64,000 nucleotides of DNA from an uncultured delta proteobacterium (GCA_963810935.1 CAWEPK010000008.1:736001-800000); one strand, 5' to 3'. Counted from the first letter of the stretch, positions 21,217-31,705 are shown. A program made the numbers and translations. The notes: generated by a model not told the origin, from the letters alone.

Positions 21217-21263
21217 GCTCCGCGAGCTTCGCCCGTGGAGGGGGCGCTGAGCCCCAATAATTG
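21217..21263 (-). repeat. REP-like copy F, right half (left half at 20038-20070)
   Basis: GCTCCGCGAGCTTCGCCCGTGGAGGGGGCGCTGAGCCCCAATAATTG. Confidence 0.85.
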
Positions 21264-21329
21264 CATAGTGAAACGTCGACAACGGATATATGCTGACGCG
21301 GCGATGTAACCTTCAGAAGCCCCGCCGCA

Positions 21330-21405
21330 GTGTCTCTTCCTTTTTATGAGGGGGTGGCTCCGCCGGCTTTGCCGGCGGAGGGGGCAACGCTAGCCCCAAT
21401 AATTG
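21330..21405 (-). repeat. REP-like copy G
   Basis: Reverse complement closely matches copy A (10060-10134). Confidence 0.85.
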
Positions 21406-21441
21406 ATTTCCACCCTGCCCGATGTTATCCTTATCCGGCAT

Positions 21442-23121
21442 ATGAAAAGCTCCGATACATCTCAAGCGGCGCGGTTCAAGGTCCTGATAACGGACACTAT
21501 CGCGGAGGCGGGCATAAAGAAGCTCACCAGGAGCGGCACCGTCGACGTTGACATCAGGCCGGGGATCGGAGGCGAAGAGCTGGCAGCGGTCATAGGCGAC
21601 TACGACGCGATCATCACGCGGAGCGGCACATCGATTTCCGCGTCATTGCTCGAGCGCCCCGGCAGGCTGAAGGTGATCGGCCGGGCAGGCGTCGGCCTCG
21701 ATAATATCGACATAGAGGCTGCGAGCAAGAAGGGCATTATCGTGATGAACGCCCCCACCGGCAACACCCTGGCTGCTACAGAGCTGACCATGGGCATCAT
21801 GCTCGCGGCGGCCAGAAAGATACCGCTTGCCCATTATTCCCTCAAGGCGGGCAAGTGGGACCGCAAGAAGTTCATGGGCGTCGAGCTGTTTCGCAAGACC
21901 CTCGGCATCATCGGGCTCGGGCGGATAGGGACCAATGTCGCCATAAGGTCGAAGAGCTTCGGCATGCGTGTGATCGCCTACGACCCATATATCAAAAAAA
22001 ACAAAGCCGATTCCGCCGGCGTCCTCCTGTACGAAAACCTTGAAGACGTGTTGCGGGAAGCCGATGTCATTACCTTCCATACGCCCCTCACGACGGCGAC
22101 CAGGAACATAATTGCCGCCCGCGAGTTTGCGCTGATGAAAGACGGCGTCATTCTCGTGAACTGCGCGAGGGGCGGCATCGTCAACGAGGGCGATCTTTAT
22201 GATGCGCTCAAGTCGGGTAAGGTATTTGCGGCCGGTATGGACGTGTTCGCAAAGGAGCCTGCGGCAAGCAACAAGCTCCTTGAGCTTGAGAATGTTTTCG
22301 CCACCCCCCACATAGGGGCCAACACGAAAGAGGGCCAGAACGCGGTCGCCCTCATTATAACCGAGCAGGTCCATAACGTCCTCCACGGCAAAGCGTACGA
22401 GAACGCAGTCAATATCCCTTTTGTCAAATCTCAGCTCCCTTCGGCCATGCAGCTCTATTTCGACCTGGCGGAGAAAATGGGCAAGCTCTCGGCGCAGCTC
22501 ATAAAAGGGAGGACCTCGCAAGTCAAGCTGGTGATGGTGGGAAAGACATTCGAGGAGGACCTCTGCGAGCGCAAGTTCGACGTACCTTTCAGCTACCAGC
22601 CCTTCACGACAGCCGCCCTGAAGGGTTTCCTCGGGGTCTTCAGCCGTGAGACTGTCACGTTCATCAATGCGCCGTACTTTGCCCTCGACAGGGGCATCGA
22701 GGTGGAGGAGTCAAAGACGGAGCATTTCGAGAAGTTCAACGACCTGCTCGTGCTACAGATAAAGACGGACGCCAGAGAGACGAGCATCGCAGGCACCGTG
22801 TTTTCCGACGGCATCGGAAGGATCGTCCTCTACGACAAGTTCCGTCTGGATATAGTGCCCGAAGGCACCTTCCTTCATTTCAGGATCGTAGACAGGCCGG
22901 GGATCATAGGGAAAGTGGCGGGCATCCTAGGCGACAACCATATAAACATCGCGGGCTTCGGGCTGTCGCGGGTCGTGGACACGGACGGACGGGGCGCCGC
23001 CAAGCGCGTTGCCGGCGAGGAGGTCGCTTTTGTCTCCGTCGACAGCCCGATAGGACCCGGCGTGCTTGCCGACATACGCGCCATCGACGGCATGATCGAG
23101 GCCAGCGTCGTGCATCTTTAA
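21442..23121 (+). CDS. serA: D-3-phosphoglycerate dehydrogenase
   Basis: GRAGVGLDNID, GLGRIG, NCARGG, TPHIGA, ASB domain and C-terminal ACT (DRPGIIG). Confidence 0.95.
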   Translation: MKSSDTSQAARFKVLITDTIAEAGIKKLTRSGTVDVDIRPGIGGEELAAVIGDYDAIITRSGTSISASLLERPGRLKVIGRAGVGLDNIDIEAASKKGIIVMNAPTGNTLAATELTMGIMLAAARKIPLAHYSLKAGKWDRKKFMGVELFRKTLGIIGLGRIGTNVAIRSKSFGMRVIAYDPYIKKNKADSAGVLLYENLEDVLREADVITFHTPLTTATRNIIAAREFALMKDGVILVNCARGGIVNEGDLYDALKSGKVFAAGMDVFAKEPAASNKLLELENVFATPHIGANTKEGQNAVALIITEQVHNVLHGKAYENAVNIPFVKSQLPSAMQLYFDLAEKMGKLSAQLIKGRTSQVKLVMVGKTFEEDLCERKFDVPFSYQPFTTAALKGFLGVFSRETVTFINAPYFALDRGIEVEESKTEHFEKFNDLLVLQIKTDARETSIAGTVFSDGIGRIVLYDKFRLDIVPEGTFLHFRIVDRPGIIGKVAGILGDNHINIAGFGLSRVVDTDGRGAAKRVAGEEVAFVSVDSPIGPGVLADIRAIDGMIEASVVHL

Positions 23122-23258
23122 GCTAACCGTTTAAAGAAAGCTAAACCGCCGTTCCGGTCCCCAAGCATCCGAAGAAACGGATGCAATGTCCGGGCAGACC
23201 CGGTATAATAAATATGTAAGGCACTTCCCGATCGATCTCAAAGAAAACAGGAGGCAAG

Positions 23259-24794
23259 GTGACGCGGCGTGAGTTCTGCACGGCCGTTTTGTGGGGCGTG
23301 CTGTCGGTTGTCGGAGGAACGGGAAGAGCCGCGGCGCAGCAGACCGGAGGCGCAGTCCCTTTCAGCAGGGATTTGCTGAGGGAGAAGGCGCGCTCCCTGT
23401 CCAGGCAGCCGTATACGCCGCCCGACGAAAGCCTGCCCGCCTGGGTCCCGATAGGCTGGGACGAATATCAGGCGATCCGCTTCCGGCCGACTAAGGCGCT
23501 ATGGGCCAAAGAAGACCTGCCGTTCCAGGTCCGTTTTTTCCATCTCGGCCTTTATTACAAAAGGCCCGTGCGGATATACGAGGTAAGCGGCGGTCTGGCG
23601 CATCCCATTGCTTACTCGCCGGCCCTTTTTCAGTTCCCAGGAAGCCTCGACGGGCGGCGCGCCGGAGAGCCGCGCGGCTATGCCGGCTTCCGCGTGCATC
23701 CGAGGGACGATTTCGAGCGGGATGAGGTGTCCTTTCTCGGGGCCAGCTATTTCCGGGCAACGGGCGGACAGAAACAGTACGGCTTATCTGCCCGCGGCCT
23801 GGCCATCGATACAGGGATGCCGAGGCCCGAAGAATTCCCGGATTTCCGTGAGTTCTGGCTGGAAAGGCCGGCGCCCGGCGCACAGTCCCTGCGCGTCCAT
23901 GCGCTCCTCGACGGCCCCAGCGTGGCCGGCGCCTATTCCTTCGACATTACTACCGGTGAGAAGACCGTCATGGATGTCGAGGCTGCCCTCTTCCCCCGGT
24001 GCGAGATCGAGCGGCTCGGCATAGCGCCGATGACCTCGATGTTCCAGCACGGCGAGAACGACAGGCGGCACAACGACGATTTCCGGCCGGAAGTCCACGA
24101 TTCGGACGGTCTCGCATTATGGACGGGGGCCGGGGAGCGCATCTGGAGGCCCCTCGTCAACCCTTCTTCCCTGAACGTCAACTCCTTTATCGACGATAAC
24201 CCTCGCGGGTTCGGTCTTCTTCAGCGGGACCGCAACTTCAACGACTACCAGGACGCCGGGGCTTACTATCACAAGCGCCCGTCCCTCTGGGTCGAGCCGC
24301 TCGACGCCTGGGGAAAGGGCGCAGTGCAGCTCGTGGAGATACCGACCGACGACGAGATTTTCGACAATATAGTCGCGTACTGGAACCCGGCCGCGCCCAT
24401 ACGGCCGGGCAGTGAGGCTACTTTCCGCTACCGCCTTTACTGGGGTGCGCAACCCCCATTTCCGCCAACGTGCGCCGAGACGGTAGCCACCCACCTCGGC
24501 AGGCCGGGCGTGCTCGGGAAGCATGAAGTCCTGAAGGGGCGCAAGTTCGTGATCGACTTTGTGGGCGGGCGCCTCTCTGGCCTTCGCAAGGGCGCCCTGG
24601 TGGAGCCTGTCATACAGGCGTCCCACGGAAAAATTGCCAACACGGAAGTCTTCCCCATCAAAGAGCTGGGAGGCTGGCGCTTAAGCTTCGACCTCGTCTA
24701 CGACGGCGCAAAACCCGTGGACCTGCGGTGCTACCTGACGGACGGGCACGACGCCCTGACGGAGACATGGCTCTACCAGTGGTCCACCGCCTAA
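23259..24794 (+). CDS. opgD: Periplasmic glucan biosynthesis protein D/G, Tat-exported
   Basis: TRREF Tat motif; FLGASYFRA, YGLSARGLAID, RPEVHDSDGL, DNIVAYW, ETWLYQW. Confidence 0.85.
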   Translation: MTRREFCTAVLWGVLSVVGGTGRAAAQQTGGAVPFSRDLLREKARSLSRQPYTPPDESLPAWVPIGWDEYQAIRFRPTKALWAKEDLPFQVRFFHLGLYYKRPVRIYEVSGGLAHPIAYSPALFQFPGSLDGRRAGEPRGYAGFRVHPRDDFERDEVSFLGASYFRATGGQKQYGLSARGLAIDTGMPRPEEFPDFREFWLERPAPGAQSLRVHALLDGPSVAGAYSFDITTGEKTVMDVEAALFPRCEIERLGIAPMTSMFQHGENDRRHNDDFRPEVHDSDGLALWTGAGERIWRPLVNPSSLNVNSFIDDNPRGFGLLQRDRNFNDYQDAGAYYHKRPSLWVEPLDAWGKGAVQLVEIPTDDEIFDNIVAYWNPAAPIRPGSEATFRYRLYWGAQPPFPPTCAETVATHLGRPGVLGKHEVLKGRKFVIDFVGGRLSGLRKGALVEPVIQASHGKIANTEVFPIKELGGWRLSFDLVYDGAKPVDLRCYLTDGHDALTETWLYQWSTA

Positions 24795-24907
24795 AGCGCC
24801 TCACTAGGCATTTGCCGCCAGGGCCTGCCCGCCCTGACGGCAAACTCCCTCCGGCATCCGCCATGCATGAGCTAAAACACCGAGCAACGACACGGGTAAG
24901 AAAATGC

Positions 24908-24952
24908 TTGACAATATTTCCAGTAATGGTATACCAAAATATATACCAAAAT
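24908..24952 (+). promoter_or_regulatory. Promoter with FadR/GntR-type operator
   Basis: TTGACA at 24908; palindrome TGGTATACCA (24927-24936); direct repeat TATACCAAAAT x2. Confidence 0.6.
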
Positions 24953-24970
24953 CCGAAAGGGGGGGCTGAT

Positions 24971-25867
24971 ATGAAACGGATTATAGTTCTGGCTTTATCA
25001 GGTTTGTTACTGTTCAGCACCGCGGTATTGGCCGAGCAGAATAAATTGGTTGGCGACGCTTCTTCCGTCGACACGAAGTACACCAGCGCTTATACCGTCA
25101 ACATGTATAAGTGGTTCGACGAACATCCTCTGGCGCCCGAGCAGAAGACGGACATGAAGCCGATATTCATGACGCCCAGGGTCGTCGTCTTGGGTGCGAT
25201 CAACAAGGGACAGCTCGCAGATTTCCACTACCACACCGAGGCCGATGAGATCGAGCTCGTCGTAAAAGGACAGTGCGAGAAGTACATAGACGGCAAGTGG
25301 ATAGCGATGAAGCCGGGAGACATCCACTATAACCCGCGCGGCGTCATCCACGCAACGAGGATCATCGGCAGCGAGCCCTTCCAGGCCGTCTCCATCTTCA
25401 CCCCGTCTACAGCGGTCCCCGACCGGGTGTTCCTCAACACGGATATAACCACGGCGAAACCCGGCGCGACAATCGGCGACTGGGCGCTGCTGGATACGCA
25501 GTACAAGAAAGGCTATATCATCAACCTCGACGAATGGTACGCCAGCCACCCCTTAAGCGCGCAACAACCCGTTAGGAGCGAACCGGCGATGGGGACGAAA
25601 CGCAGCCAGCTCATGATTGCCCAGAGGCCCGCGCTCCCCGTCCACTACCACGGCTCCGCCGATGAGATCATCTATACTTACAAGGGCCAGGGCCAATTAT
25701 ATATCAACGGCGTGTGGACGACGGTAAAGCCGGGCGACATCCACTTCTGCCCTAGGGGCTTAATCCACGGCATCCGCCCGGCGGGCGAGGGTGAGTTCAA
25801 GATTTTCGCCATCTTTACACCGCCGCAGGCAAACCTGAGCGATAGGATATTCGTCGATCTGAAGTAG
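24971..25867 (+). CDS. Secreted bicupin protein
   Basis: Signal peptide; two HYHxxADEI...KPGDIH.[NC]PRG.IH cupin repeats. Confidence 0.85.
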   Translation: MKRIIVLALSGLLLFSTAVLAEQNKLVGDASSVDTKYTSAYTVNMYKWFDEHPLAPEQKTDMKPIFMTPRVVVLGAINKGQLADFHYHTEADEIELVVKGQCEKYIDGKWIAMKPGDIHYNPRGVIHATRIIGSEPFQAVSIFTPSTAVPDRVFLNTDITTAKPGATIGDWALLDTQYKKGYIINLDEWYASHPLSAQQPVRSEPAMGTKRSQLMIAQRPALPVHYHGSADEIIYTYKGQGQLYINGVWTTVKPGDIHFCPRGLIHGIRPAGEGEFKIFAIFTPPQANLSDRIFVDLK

Positions 25868-25868
25868 G

Positions 25869-26552
25869 ATGATAGGCATAAACAGGCTAAAAGCGGAAAA
25901 CCTGAAGAACAGCGTCAGTTCCACGTTCGTGTTACGCGAGCTGGAAAATGCAATCCTTTCCGGCTATTTTAAGCCGAGGGAACGCCTCGTCGAAAGGGAG
26001 TTGCTCTTGCATTTCGACGTCAGCCGCACGGTGATAAGGGAAGTCCTCAACAAGCTCGAAGGAAAAGGGCTTGTCAAGATCACCCCTTACCGGGGAGCGG
26101 TGGTCGTCGACCTAACATCGGACGAGATCGAGCAGATCTATTTCCTGCGCGCAAAACTCGAAGTGATCGCTGCCGGCCTGGTCGTTAAGAACATCACCCG
26201 GCAGGAGGTCCAGCAATTGGACCGGCTCCAAAAGGAGCTGCAAAAGCACCAGCGGGAGCGGACCGCGCAGATGATCGAGAAGGACAACGAGTTCCACCGC
26301 ATCATGTTCCAGCCTTCGAGGAACGACCACCTCAATTACATGATCGATTATCTCAGCACGAAGGCGCATGTCGTCAAGTTCAACGCCTGGTCCCTCCCGA
26401 ACAGGATCGAGCAGTCGATGCGGGAGCACGGGGAGATGATCGAGGCCCTGAAGGTGCGCGACGCGGACGCCTTCGAGAAGCTCGTCGTCGACCACCTTCT
26501 TTTTTCGAAAAAGAGCTACCTGGAGCGCCTGGGCGGGAGACAGCGAAGATGA
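25869..26552 (+). CDS. GntR/FCD-family regulator
   Basis: PRERLVEREL..FDVSRTVIRE HTH; FCD motifs EFH..EH..DH. Confidence 0.92.
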   Translation: MIGINRLKAENLKNSVSSTFVLRELENAILSGYFKPRERLVERELLLHFDVSRTVIREVLNKLEGKGLVKITPYRGAVVVDLTSDEIEQIYFLRAKLEVIAAGLVVKNITRQEVQQLDRLQKELQKHQRERTAQMIEKDNEFHRIMFQPSRNDHLNYMIDYLSTKAHVVKFNAWSLPNRIEQSMREHGEMIEALKVRDADAFEKLVVDHLLFSKKSYLERLGGRQRR

Positions 26553-26593
26553 CAGAAAAAACACGGCGAGCGCAGGAGAAACAGAAAAATACC

Positions 26594-26833
26594 ATGAGCG
26601 ACATAACGTTATACGACCAGCTTTGCAAAGGCGTCGAGGAGTGCGGCATCTGCATAAGCGTCTGCCGCCGGTCGGTCTTCAAACCGGGCGCTACGCTGAA
26701 CCGGAAGGGCTACCGCCCGCCCGAGATATGCGATGCCGGCGCCTGCACGTCATGCGGCGACTGTATGATCTTCTGCCCCGACATGGCCATCGCCGTGCCG
26801 GCAAAAGCAAAGCAACGGCGAAAGGAAGCCTGA
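26594..26833 (+). CDS. 2-oxoacid:ferredoxin oxidoreductase delta (ferredoxin) subunit
   Basis: CKGVEECGICISVC and CTSCGDCMIFCPD; alternative start at 26549. Confidence 0.8.
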   Translation: MSDITLYDQLCKGVEECGICISVCRRSVFKPGATLNRKGYRPPEICDAGACTSCGDCMIFCPDMAIAVPAKAKQRRKEA

Positions 26834-26837
26834 GGCG

Positions 26838-27992
26838 ATGAAAGCAGAGCGCGTCCAGACAGGACGATACTTCATGATGGGCAATGAGGCGTGCGCGGAG
26901 GGCGCGTTGGCTGCGGGTTGCGAGTTCTCGGCGGGTTATCCGATAACACCGGCTACGGAGATCGCGAACCGGCTCGCCGAAAGGCTGCCTGCGGTCGGTG
27001 GGGCTTTCCTTCAGATGGAAGACGAGATCGCCTCCATCGCGGCGATCATCGGCGCCTCCTGGGGCGGAATGAAGGTAATGACGGTCACTTCGGGGCCGGG
27101 CATCAGCCTCATGTCGGAGAATATCGGGTTCGCGGTAGGAGTGGAGACGCCTTGCGTGATCGTCAACGTCCAGCGCGGAGCGCCGACGACGGGCATGCCC
27201 ACCGTTGGCGTGCAGGGGGACATGGTGCAGGCCAGGCACGGCTCGCACGGTGATTATGAGATTATCGCCCTCTGCCCGTCTTCGGCCCAGGAGATGTTCG
27301 ACCACACGGTGAAGGCATTCTATTACGCCGAAAAATACCGGACGCCTGTCTTCATCCTGTCGGACGCCTTCGTCGGTCACATGCGCGAGGAGGTCGTGAT
27401 ACCCGGGCCGCAGGAAATCGAGACCGCGTACAGGAAAATCCCGCCGGAGGGTACCGACCCCCAGGCGATCAGGGGCTTCCTTGATGAAGATATCGCGCCC
27501 ATGCCCATTTTCGGCCGGGGATACAGGGCGCACGTGACAAGTTCCTGCCACGACGAGACGGGGAAGCGCAACCTGATCGATGTCTCCTCCCTCGACATGT
27601 TCGTACGGCGGCTTTCCAACAAGATCCTCAAGCACAAAGAAGAGATAACGATAGTGGACAGGGATTACGAAGGCGCCGACGTAGTCCTCGTATCGTACGG
27701 CGCGGTGGCGCGGGCCGCCGCAGCCGCGGCGAGCCGGGCGCGGGAGGCGGGCATAGCTGCGGGCACGTTGCGCCTCGTCACCGTATGGCCCTTCCCCGAC
27801 CACGAGGTCGAGAAAATGGCGGCGGGCGCAAAACACGTGATCGTGCTCGAGAACAACCTGGGGCAGATGTACCCGTACATCAAGGCGGCGGCCGCCCCGT
27901 TCGCGGAAGTCTCTTTCCTTCCGCCCAGGCTTTTAGGGCAGATCCAGGACCCGGAAGATATACTGCGCAGGATCAGAGAGGTAATCCGATGA
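26838..27992 (+). CDS. 2-oxoacid:ferredoxin oxidoreductase alpha subunit (KorA-like)
   Basis: GYPITPATE, QMEDEIA, TSGPGISLM, QRGAPTTG. Confidence 0.92.
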   Translation: MKAERVQTGRYFMMGNEACAEGALAAGCEFSAGYPITPATEIANRLAERLPAVGGAFLQMEDEIASIAAIIGASWGGMKVMTVTSGPGISLMSENIGFAVGVETPCVIVNVQRGAPTTGMPTVGVQGDMVQARHGSHGDYEIIALCPSSAQEMFDHTVKAFYYAEKYRTPVFILSDAFVGHMREEVVIPGPQEIETAYRKIPPEGTDPQAIRGFLDEDIAPMPIFGRGYRAHVTSSCHDETGKRNLIDVSSLDMFVRRLSNKILKHKEEITIVDRDYEGADVVLVSYGAVARAAAAAASRAREAGIAAGTLRLVTVWPFPDHEVEKMAAGAKHVIVLENNLGQMYPYIKAAAAPFAEVSFLPPRLLGQIQDPEDILRRIREVIR

Positions 27993-28822
27993 GCCAGGTC
28001 GTCCATCCGCTCCACAAGTTCTTCCGGCCTTCCGTCAACTCTACTACGAATTGCGCAGGCTGCGGCAACGGCATCGTAACCCAGGGCATCCTGCGCGCCA
28101 TTGTGGAAATGGGCATGGGCCTGGACGATTTCGTCTTCGTCTCGGGGATAGGCTGCGCTGCCTGGATACCAAGCCCGCTCTTCAACGCAGACGTTTTCCA
28201 CTCTATCCACGGTCGGCCCATCCCATTCGCCCTCGGTATCAAGGTGGCCCTGCCGGGGAAGAAGGTGATCGTCATAAGCGGCGACGGCGACCTCGCGGCC
28301 ATCGGGGGAAACCACCTCATCCACAGTGCGCGGCGGAACGTGGACATGACCGTCATCTGCGTCAACAACAAGATTTACGGCATGACGGGCGGCCAGGCCG
28401 GCCCCACGACGCCGGCAGGTATACGCACTACCACGACGCCCTTCGGCAGCTTCGAGAACCCTTTCGACATCTCACGCCTGGTCATCGCAGCGGGCGCTTC
28501 GTTCGTGGCCTGCTGGACAACCGCTCACTCGAGGCAGTTGACGCAGTCGATCGTGAAGGCGATCGATAAGAAAGGCTTCGCCTTCATCGAGGTCCACTCT
28601 CAGTGCCCCGTGCAGTTCGGCCGCAAGTCGGGCATGAGCGGCTCCGTCCAGATGATGGACGATTACCGCAAAAGGTCGATAAGGGTCGAGAAGGCGTCGG
28701 GGCTGTCGGATGAGGAGCGCGCGGACAGGATCGTCGTCGGGGAGCTTGTCGATATAGAGAAGCCGGAGATGATCGAAGAGATAGAGCGGATGAAGACGAG
28801 GGCAGCAGGGAGGCAGCAATGA
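27989..28822 (+). CDS. 2-oxoacid:ferredoxin oxidoreductase beta subunit (KorB-like)
   Basis: CAGCG, SGIGC, HGR, TPP motif GDGD...NN..YGMTGGQ. Confidence 0.92.
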   Translation: MSQVVHPLHKFFRPSVNSTTNCAGCGNGIVTQGILRAIVEMGMGLDDFVFVSGIGCAAWIPSPLFNADVFHSIHGRPIPFALGIKVALPGKKVIVISGDGDLAAIGGNHLIHSARRNVDMTVICVNNKIYGMTGGQAGPTTPAGIRTTTTPFGSFENPFDISRLVIAAGASFVACWTTAHSRQLTQSIVKAIDKKGFAFIEVHSQCPVQFGRKSGMSGSVQMMDDYRKRSIRVEKASGLSDEERADRIVVGELVDIEKPEMIEEIERMKTRAAGRQQ

Positions 28823-29352
28823 GTCGCACGGAAATCCTCGTCGGAGGCATAGGGGGCCAGGGAGTGGTCCTGTCGGGCATCCTTCTGGGGACGGCCGCCA
28901 CGCTTTTCGAAGGCAAGAAAGCGGTCCAGACCCAGTCATACAGCTCGGAGCTGCGGGGCGGCGCCGCGCGGGCCGAGGTCGTCATCTGCGACGGGCCCGT
29001 CTCCGACCCGCAGGTCAGACGGCCGGACATTTTCATCGCGCTGGCCGAAGAGGCCGTTCCCCGTTACATCGGCATTGTAAAACCCGGAGGGACGGTCTTG
29101 ATCGACTCGGACATGGTTAAAAACACGGTATCGGGGGACTACACGATTGTGGAAGTGCCGGCGACGAGCATAGCCGCAACGGAAATGGGCAACACGATAG
29201 TAGCCAACCTCATCGTGCTGGGAGTGCTGGTCAAAAAGACCGGGGTAGTATCGGCGGAATCGATGGAAAAGGCGATAGAGATGAGCGTACCGAAGAAGGC
29301 CGTCAGCCTGAACCTGACCGCCTTCAGGAGAGGGCTCGCGATTAGTGCCTGA
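28819..29352 (+). CDS. 2-oxoacid:ferredoxin oxidoreductase gamma subunit (KorC-like)
   Basis: GGIGGQGV, QSYSSELRGG. Confidence 0.92.
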   Translation: MSRTEILVGGIGGQGVVLSGILLGTAATLFEGKKAVQTQSYSSELRGGAARAEVVICDGPVSDPQVRRPDIFIALAEEAVPRYIGIVKPGGTVLIDSDMVKNTVSGDYTIVEVPATSIAATEMGNTIVANLIVLGVLVKKTGVVSAESMEKAIEMSVPKKAVSLNLTAFRRGLAISA

Positions 29353-29380
29353 TCTAAGAGATCGGGCAGCGGAGGTACGT

Positions 29381-30598
29381 ATGCCGTCTAAAAAACTGAA
29401 GTACGTTGCTAACGCCTGTCTCATTGTGGGGTTCGCCGTACCTTTCCTCGTCTCACACTTTATCGGGATGCGGCTCGGCAAGATGCCCTTGGTAAGCACG
29501 GCCAATATTGTGCTGTGGGCAGCCGGGCTCGTTTTGGCTTATTTCGTCTTCATAACCGAGAAAAAACCTGCACCCACGCTCTCACGCACGATGAGAATCG
29601 GCAATTTCATCTCCGCTTACGCCTCGACCTGCCTGACGCTCGGCATTCTTTTCGGATACCTCTTCTACCCTACCGTAGAGAAGAGCATCGTGCCGCCCGC
29701 CGGTCCATATCTCCTGATGACGATAATGTTCACCATGGGGCTCGCCATCACCTTCCAGGACTGGAAGCGCATAGCCGCGAGACCCAAGATCGTTAGTATC
29801 GCCGTAGTGATGAGATGGATCATCATGCCGGCAGTCGCCTTTATCCTTTCCCTGGCCATGGTAAAGGTTTTTCCCGGAATCACGGGAAAGTCCCTTGCGG
29901 TCGGTATAATCGTGATAGGCACGACCCCAACTGGAGGCGGATCGAACGCGCTCACGATGATAAGTAAAGGCGACCTCGCCCTCTCGGTCTCGGTCACGTC
30001 GCTCAACACGGTGCTCGCGCCTTTCCTGCAGCCGGTCATGATACTCTGGCTCGCCGGCGGCCTCGCTACCCTCAACGCGAATGCACTTTTTCATGACCTC
30101 ATTTATCTCGTGGTCATACCGGTTTTGGCGGGTACAATCCTGGGATCGATCTTTCGCAGGCCGGTAAGCAGGATCAAGCCCATATTCGCCCCGCTCGCCG
30201 TCGTCTGCCTCTCCTTCATAGTGATGGGCACCATGTCGAAGGGAACGAGCACCCTGATAAAACAGTTCTCCGTGCTCCTCTATCTGGTGGCAGCGTGCCT
30301 CATCCTGGCGCTGGTGGGCCTTCTCCTGGGCTTTTTCGTGCCCAAGATGTTCAAATTTAACTATGCCCAGCGCAAAGCCGTCTGCTTCGAGGTGGGCGTG
30401 CAGAACGCTGCGCTTGCCATGCTGGTCGCGCTGCGCCATTTCGACCCGCTCACGGCTCTGCCTTCCATTGTTTATGGTAAAATACAATACATAGTCACGT
30501 CCGCGATCTTTGTTCCCAAGCTGCAAAAGCTGGAGGACGAACCGATCGCGGAAGGCGCCGCAACGCAAAAGGTGGTCGTCGAGCCGGCGGCCCGATAG
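29381..30598 (+). CDS. Bile acid:sodium symporter (BASS) family transporter
   Basis: IMFTMGL, PTGGGSN..KGDLALSV, FEVGVQNA motifs. Confidence 0.9.
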   Translation: MPSKKLKYVANACLIVGFAVPFLVSHFIGMRLGKMPLVSTANIVLWAAGLVLAYFVFITEKKPAPTLSRTMRIGNFISAYASTCLTLGILFGYLFYPTVEKSIVPPAGPYLLMTIMFTMGLAITFQDWKRIAARPKIVSIAVVMRWIIMPAVAFILSLAMVKVFPGITGKSLAVGIIVIGTTPTGGGSNALTMISKGDLALSVSVTSLNTVLAPFLQPVMILWLAGGLATLNANALFHDLIYLVVIPVLAGTILGSIFRRPVSRIKPIFAPLAVVCLSFIVMGTMSKGTSTLIKQFSVLLYLVAACLILALVGLLLGFFVPKMFKFNYAQRKAVCFEVGVQNAALAMLVALRHFDPLTALPSIVYGKIQYIVTSAIFVPKLQKLEDEPIAEGAATQKVVVEPAAR

Positions 30599-30625
30599 GA
30601 GGGCAGAAACGGGACAGACGGGTGC

Positions 30626-31705
30626 ATGGGGAGTGAGTCGATGCGGCGGATAGGCTTCACGGAGCTTAAAGACTTCTGCGCCGCTGCCTACGTAAAGGCA
30701 GGCGTGCCCGTAGACGAAGCGGAGATAGTAGCCGACCTGCTCGTCAGGTCGGATTTGCGCGGCGTCGAGACCCACGGCGTCACGCGCCTGCCCATTTACA
30801 TACTGAGATTACAAAAAGGATACGTCAGGAAAGAGTGCAAGCTGACGGCGATAAGGGACAAAGGCCCGACAGCCTTTCTCCAAGCGCATGGATCAATGGG
30901 CCACATCGCTGCTTACAGGGGTATGGAAAAAGCCATAGCCAAGGCGGAGGAATTCGGCATAGGGTGGGTTTCGGTGAAAGACAGCGGCCACTTCGGCGTG
31001 GCCGGTCTTTTCCCCATGATGGCGCTGCCTAAAGACTTTATCGGGTACCTGGTCTCCAACTCCGCCCCGATGATGTTCCCCTTCGGAGGCCGCGAGCGCA
31101 TCGTAGGGAACAACCCGCTGGCCTACGCCGTCCCCGCAGGTCGCCGCCCTCCGGTCGTCCTCGATTTCTCCCTTGGCGTCGTGGCTTCCGGCAAGCTGGT
31201 CCTGGCCAGGAAGAAGGGTGAAAAGATACCCTTCGGGTGGGCCGTTGACAAAGAGGGTAGGCCCACGGAAGACCCGTATGAGGGATATGAGGGCGGGGGC
31301 GCCCTCCTTCCCGTAGGCGCACACAAGGGCTACGGGATGGCCCTTGTCCACGAGATACTTACTGCGGTGCTTACCGGCGGCAAGCAGACAAGCCGGATAA
31401 AAAGCATTTATGAAGAAGACCCGACAGGCGTACAGGGCACGTGCCATTCCTTTATGGCAATCGACCCTGACTGTTTTATCGGCAAAGAACGTTTTAAAGC
31501 GGATATGGACAGCTACATCGAACGCATCAAAGAAAGCGCAAAAGCGAAGGACATCGAAGAGATCCTCATGCCGGGGGAGCCGGAGATGAGGACCGAGGAG
31601 GAAAGGCTAAAGAAGGGCATCCCGGTGGCGGAGGCCACGCTGAGCGAGCTTAAGGCGCTCGGCGCGTCGCTGGGCATCCCGTTCCCGCCGGTCTCATCGC
31701 CTTAG
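30626..31705 (+). CDS. Ldh_2-family (malate/L-lactate/ureidoglycolate-type) dehydrogenase
   Basis: DLRGVETHG, SGHFG, GNNP, HKGYG, MPGEPE. Confidence 0.92.
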   Translation: MGSESMRRIGFTELKDFCAAAYVKAGVPVDEAEIVADLLVRSDLRGVETHGVTRLPIYILRLQKGYVRKECKLTAIRDKGPTAFLQAHGSMGHIAAYRGMEKAIAKAEEFGIGWVSVKDSGHFGVAGLFPMMALPKDFIGYLVSNSAPMMFPFGGRERIVGNNPLAYAVPAGRRPPVVLDFSLGVVASGKLVLARKKGEKIPFGWAVDKEGRPTEDPYEGYEGGGALLPVGAHKGYGMALVHEILTAVLTGGKQTSRIKSIYEEDPTGVQGTCHSFMAIDPDCFIGKERFKADMDSYIERIKESAKAKDIEEILMPGEPEMRTEEERLKKGIPVAEATLSELKALGASLGIPFPPVSSP

